Positions 59,107 to 64,000 of a stretch of 64,000 nt of DNA are shown piece by piece. The DNA comes from Tubulanus polymorphus (lineage: Eukaryota; Animalia; Nemertea), in assembly GCF_964204645.1 (NCBI RefSeq), contig NC_134028.1, forward strand, positions 16,003,653 through 16,067,652. Direction: 5' to 3'. Numbering within the stretch: position 1 is the stretch's first letter; the number at the start of each line of letters is the position of its first letter. The notes under the pieces were generated by a model. That model was not told the DNA's origin. It was given only the letters and a program-made list of their open reading frames with translations, and did not search any database. The position numbers and the translations under genes are program-made.

Positions 59107-62100
59107 AATTATCCTGTTACAAATCAAAACAATTCAATTCAATTCAATCAAATTATATTTGTAAATAAAATTCTTACGGAAAAAAAGAAATCAGGGATAA
59201 CCCCCAAACCGAACGGACTCACCGTTACGAGAGTGAAAACTCCCTAATATCCTAATTCCCAGATTTTTACGGCGAAAAAATCCAACGCGTTCTACTGCGA
59301 GAACGCCAAGAAAAAAGATGGCGGATTTCGCCGGTGGCTAAATGCAATACCGCAGGGCCGGGTCGTATAGAAAAACCATTGGCGATAAATCCAAATTTAG
59401 AAAATATTGGCAAAAACCATAGGAAAGGGTACAGTACTCGATGGAAATATATCTATTGTGTATCACGGGTGGTTACAGCGGCAAATTTTAAAATTCCGAC
59501 CGTGTCAAGCGACACGGTCGACATGGTCTAAATCCGCCCCTGATTTACACAACAAACATCTTATTTAAAGCTCCTTTTGTTCTGCCCCTGAACCCCTGCG
59601 CAGCATTACAGTTCGTCTAGCTTGAGGATAATTCAGCAAAGTGAGTTTTCCCCCACACAATGTTCAAATTGTGAAAACAAAGTTTCAAACGCGCCAGCAT
59701 TCAATGTGAGTGATGTGATTTTTCCTCTTTTTGTATTTTTTGTTCTATATGATACAGCGTTATGGAATTATATCCATGGCATAGGAGATGTTGTTCTGTT
59801 AACAGCAGGATTTTTACTAGCTACAATGCCTATATTTTCTTCAAACATAGTAACAATTATGGCATATATAGCGCAGGTATCAAAAACAGAAACTAGTTCT
59901 TATTACACACTTGAAAAGTTGAGGTAGGGGCATAAAAAGAGGTTGTGAAGATATAGGGATGTCCTGTTTTAATGAATTTGAATAAAAGTTTACATATATT
60001 TTACATGCATAGGTATAGGATCCAAGTTTATTGTTTTTAGGGCAAAATGATTTGTTAGTAATAATATTAGTTGGACATTCAAAAACATTCATAAACAATT
60101 CTGCTGTAGGGCACTAACAAGGTCTCAAGGGGGTGGCAAATAAAGCTCTCCAATAATTATGTGTTTAATAAATTTTCTTACCGGCTATTATAAAAAATCC
60201 TCCATTTCCCGCATGAACATATCATATACGTCATCTTTAGTTTTTGACATCGTTTGTGGCGCAGGCCGTGATAAAACTGAGTACATCTCATTTTTGTCTA
60301 AAAATTAAAAAAAAATAATAATAAGCATGAACAAAAAATTAAAACAAATTATGTTATGCCACACTTTGCATCCACATTTATATTCAAGGACGAAAACGGA
60401 GTAGTCTGAAAAATGCGGAAATAAGTGAAACTACTGGCCTGTGGAGCTTCAAAGGTACAAAGACCCTTAAGGGGGGGGGTAGTTGGGGTTTTGGGGGCCC
60501 GAGAAAATTATGAAATTTCAAGGGGTTTTTGGCACATCTGAGGCCCATTTTCCAGCATTGACTGATGACAAAATAAGACTGCTGCTATGCACAGTCGATC
60601 GTTTGTTGTTTATGTCTGGAAATGAAAAGGATGGCATATAGTAATACCAGTTAGGTTCGAATCCCTAGCTGCATGTTTTAGATATTTTTATACAGGTAAT
60701 TCCCTAAAAGTGCAGGGATTGAAACAATGACTAATTTTATTATCGATCACATATATTCTTTGTTAAATGTAATATATAAATTTCCCGCGCAGCGCTATTA
60801 TATACAATTATTGATTTGTTGAAACTCGCGCTGACAGGTGGCTTTAGACGATGTTTCGCAACGATGTTGTATATGAGAGATTTAGAGATCGTAGCACCAG
60901 TTTTATAAGACGCTTTTACAGTCTGTTCATTAAGTGTGTTCATTAACTCATAACTTTAACCACTACCAGGCACCCCCCCATTTTCTCAACGGATCTACAC
61001 GAATCAACAAATGATAAAAATAGATATCCAACCGCGGATTTCCGCATAAGATTTTCATCCCTGTATATTGTTTTATTACTCTAACTCACAGCTGTAACAC
61101 CATGCACCGATTATCAAAATATTTTCACTCAATAACCGAACATCCTTTCTCATACTTAACGCAAGAATCGTGCTAGTCATCAAACCAGGTGTCGAAATAG
61201 TAAATTGACATACGAGTCCTGTACAAGTAATTTATTCTCTTTAGTAGTTTATTTGATTAATAATTCCTTGTCATGTTGACATGAAATTGCTTTCTTAATC
61301 TTTAACCCTTTCAGTACTGGCCAATATACCCACTCGCTGTACTGAGCCAGGAATAGAAATTTTCTGTGATTTTATTAAAACCCCTGGTATCAAGATGCCG
61401 TAAGTGTTATGAGAGGGGTACTGTTCCAACAGAGGGCAACATTTTGGTGAGAAAAAAATTAATTTCTATACTAATTATGTGCGTCACATGACCTAATTAG
61501 CATAATTCATATAGTTTTTCAGAAAAATCTCTAATAAAATTTGGATATCCTATCAATTGATAAACAAAGCCTGCTTTACTATTCTGCAGTATGTTCTGAT
61601 GATTATCCGAGAATTTGACGGTAAAATTCCTTTTCATAAAAAAATTATGGCCGTTTTAGTGTATCAAGGTAGCCTGCACAATAAGGTAAGGAAATATACT
61701 AATTAATATATTTATATATTATATATTTTGAAACGACTATTTATACAAAGTAGCTGAAGTACTTCGAAGCTTTTGCGATAGATATTCTCTATGAAAATGC
61801 ATGTCACCGGTGACCAAGTACAACGTAGCGAAGCTGTGTTATGTAAGTCACCGGTGACAGAGTGCCACTTAACGAAACAGTTAATGTAGGTCCTACAAAT
61901 GTTGTTTAATAAAAAAGAAACTTATGCTTTCATTGGAAATTAATGTTGACTAAAAATTAAAAGCAATGAGAATGTTGACATCATGATATGTTTGACGTCT
62001 ATAATGCAGTCAAAACTAGTAAGTTTCTGTCGGATTGGGTTAGCTGCAGATATCAGCGGGTTTCCATACTAGTGTTTTACTTCTGGGTTAATTCTTTGAT

Positions 62101-62687
62101 TATTCTAGCTTCCATTTCTGTGAAGTCTTTTGGGTTTTTGGTCCAAGTGGATATGTTATAATAATTCAATCATTTACTTTCATTTGTGTGACATTTATGG
62201 ATACATTTAGGGAAAAATAATGTTATTGCTATGACTCAAATACAAACTACCAAATGCAAGATACCGCACAAATGATGTCATCATTGAAAGTCAATGAGAA
62301 AAATAATGGCATTATCTGGATAGAACAACTTTTTGCGAAAGAATACCGGACTTTCAATGTTTATTACCACGCAATGGAACATCTGACTGAAATCTTATCT
62401 CAACATTTCATCTTTCTTAAATGGCACTCATCACACAACGAAAGTCTACAGAACAAAAGACGAGTATCGATACACTCCATTTCGTAAGTTATTTCTCGAC
62501 AGGTCTCCAGAATGAAAAGAAAGAATTTGTGACAATATGAGTAAGGCCTGCCTTGAGGAAATGGTATTCAAAACCTGCTGATGTCAACAACAAAGCCAAT
62601 CAGAGAGAAGGCTTCGCTCTCTGATAGGATTTTAAAAACATTTTGGTGTTCTAATTTTTGGGAAAAAACCCGTTCATCCCTTAAAAC

Positions 62688-63753
62688 TACAATTTTTGAA
62701 ACTAAAATTTGTATTTCCGAGTAGTACTTGGTTTTTTGCCAATTTTTTCTAAACTTGGAATGATCGCCGATGGTTTTTCTATACGACCCGGCCCTGCAGT
62801 ATTGCATTTAGCCACTGACAAATTCTACCAACTTTTTATGCCATAGCAGATCCAAGAATGCAGCTATGCGGGGCAGGTGGGCAAGATTCCCACCATAGGA
62901 AAGGGTTTGCTAGACTAGCCTAGCACGAGGATGGTGGGAAAGGTTGATAGAAAAACCACCGCTCAATAGAGTAAGAGGGAAGGGAAACTTACCCAAGCAC
63001 AGAATGGAGCACTGTAGTACAAGGACGACCGGTTGGCCACAATAATTCCATCCAGCTCAGGCCCCCCACCGAATTTTGCAGAATTAATACTTGAACATGA
63101 GCTATGTACACGGATACACCCTCATGGTCCTGATAATGCAAACATAAAAATTCTACGCTAAATAAAAAGACGTGAATGTCGATGGAGAATTCCAAAAGGT
63201 GGTCTGATAGACTTCTTCTAAAGGAGCACCTAAAAAGGGTGTGTAGGATATAGCCATAGACCTCACCTGATGAGAAACAACTCCTTCAGAGGAAAAAAGA
63301 ATCTCCTTCAATAAAATGTCCTTGATCAGTGAAGAAACCCATCGGGCCACTGTGTTCCGAGAAGTATCACCCTTCAGGTGATCCAGCAGCAGAATGAATT
63401 ACCGCTCCCGCAAACCCCTTCGTGGAGCAGAATGATCTAAATAAAAACATAAGGCCCATACTGGACATAACGTACTGTTAAGAGAAGAGCTGGTTCAACT
63501 CGATGTTTTAGGGGGTTCAATTCGCCATTGACGACTGACCGAACCTGGCCTTTGGTTCTTTGCGAAAAACTCCAAAGCAGGCCACAGCGGAAAAAAATTC
63601 CTTCGCTGGGCCCAAGATAATATGACCTTGTCGAACTGAAAGTGCATGAATTTAAGAACGACAGGCCTAACGAGCCAAGAACAGCCAGAATAGTCATCTT
63701 TTACAAATTCGCAAATGACACTGTGGAAAGAGGTTGAAATGGAGCCTCCATTA
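62688..63753 (-). mobile_element. Decayed 3' fragment of a related DIRS element (terminal repeat, partial ICR, YR remnants)
   Basis: Collinear with 53294-54552, with deletions; contains SHQVRSMA and FWNSPSTFTSFY. Confidence 0.9.
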
Positions 63754-64000
63754 CAGAGCCGTTAGAAGGGATTTTTCAGTGGCGAGGCATATTTCTGAAG
63801 GGGGGGAGGTGTGGATGCCCCAGAAAAATTTTGGAGATGCGTTTTGGGCCCATTTCACGGTCTCATTCTCAGAAGCATGAAGTGGTGAGCCAACCGAATA
63901 GTGTAGAGAACGACGAGCTGCTACGCTAAATTTTTTTAGTGATTTTGTGATTTTCGTTCAAACTGCTCTGCATTACCTTCCTCAAAATTGGACAGATCCC

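Larger units (their letters stand above)
53292..59450 (-). mobile_element. Full-length DIRS1-type tyrosine-recombinase retrotransposon (6,159 bp)
   Basis: Inverted terminal repeats (~53335-53455 and 59311-59431); internal complementary region ~53511-53607 matching both termini; gag, RT-RH-MT and YR ORFs. Confidence 0.95.
53127..59542. mobile_element. hAT-like MITE (5-bp TSD ATTTA) split by the DIRS insertion
   Basis: attta|CAGGGGCGGATCCAG ... CTAAATCCGCCCCTG|attta. Confidence 0.7.

Noticed and set aside
61301-61330. piggyBac-like end TTAACCCTTTCAGTACTG
   Set aside because: I found no matching opposite TIR in the window, so an element cannot be delimited.
1-64000. Prokaryotic or free-virus origin of the contig
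   Set aside because: Spliceosomal introns, LINE, hAT, MULE, BEL/Pao and DIRS elements and MITEs indicate an animal nuclear genome.

Overview
Eukaryotic, probably invertebrate, repeat-rich DNA with no recognisable host gene. Bases 1-37,380 are a rearranged nest of two different Polinton-class viral elements. Element A is a moderately GC Maverick/Polinton: an intron-containing pPolB with N-terminal C2H2 fingers, a tandem-PC4 gene, a 28-bp subterminal array and an AGTAGT terminus at 9237. It sits inside the first gene of element B, a very AT-rich, intronless Polinton-like virus (9238-~20830). B encodes an rve-chromodomain integrase, an A32-type packaging ATPase, a capsid candidate, an HNH-like nuclease and several membrane proteins. 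In B, 8 of 11 start codons lie in a poxvirus-late-promoter-like TAAATG, and two unrelated genes carry the same in-frame 28-bp palindromic insert. The nest was then folded into near-perfect inverted duplications: 5740-21005 vs 22115-37380 (15.3-kb arms around a decayed MULE spacer) and <1-1826 vs 2664-4493. The right arm ends in an in-frame fusion with a BEL/Pao gag-protease fragment. The rest of the window holds a CR1-like LINE fragment, a spliced hAT element with a 6-bp TSD, several MITEs, a full-length DIRS1 retrotransposon (53292-59450) whose recombinase has HxxR changed to HxxW, and a decayed second DIRS copy.
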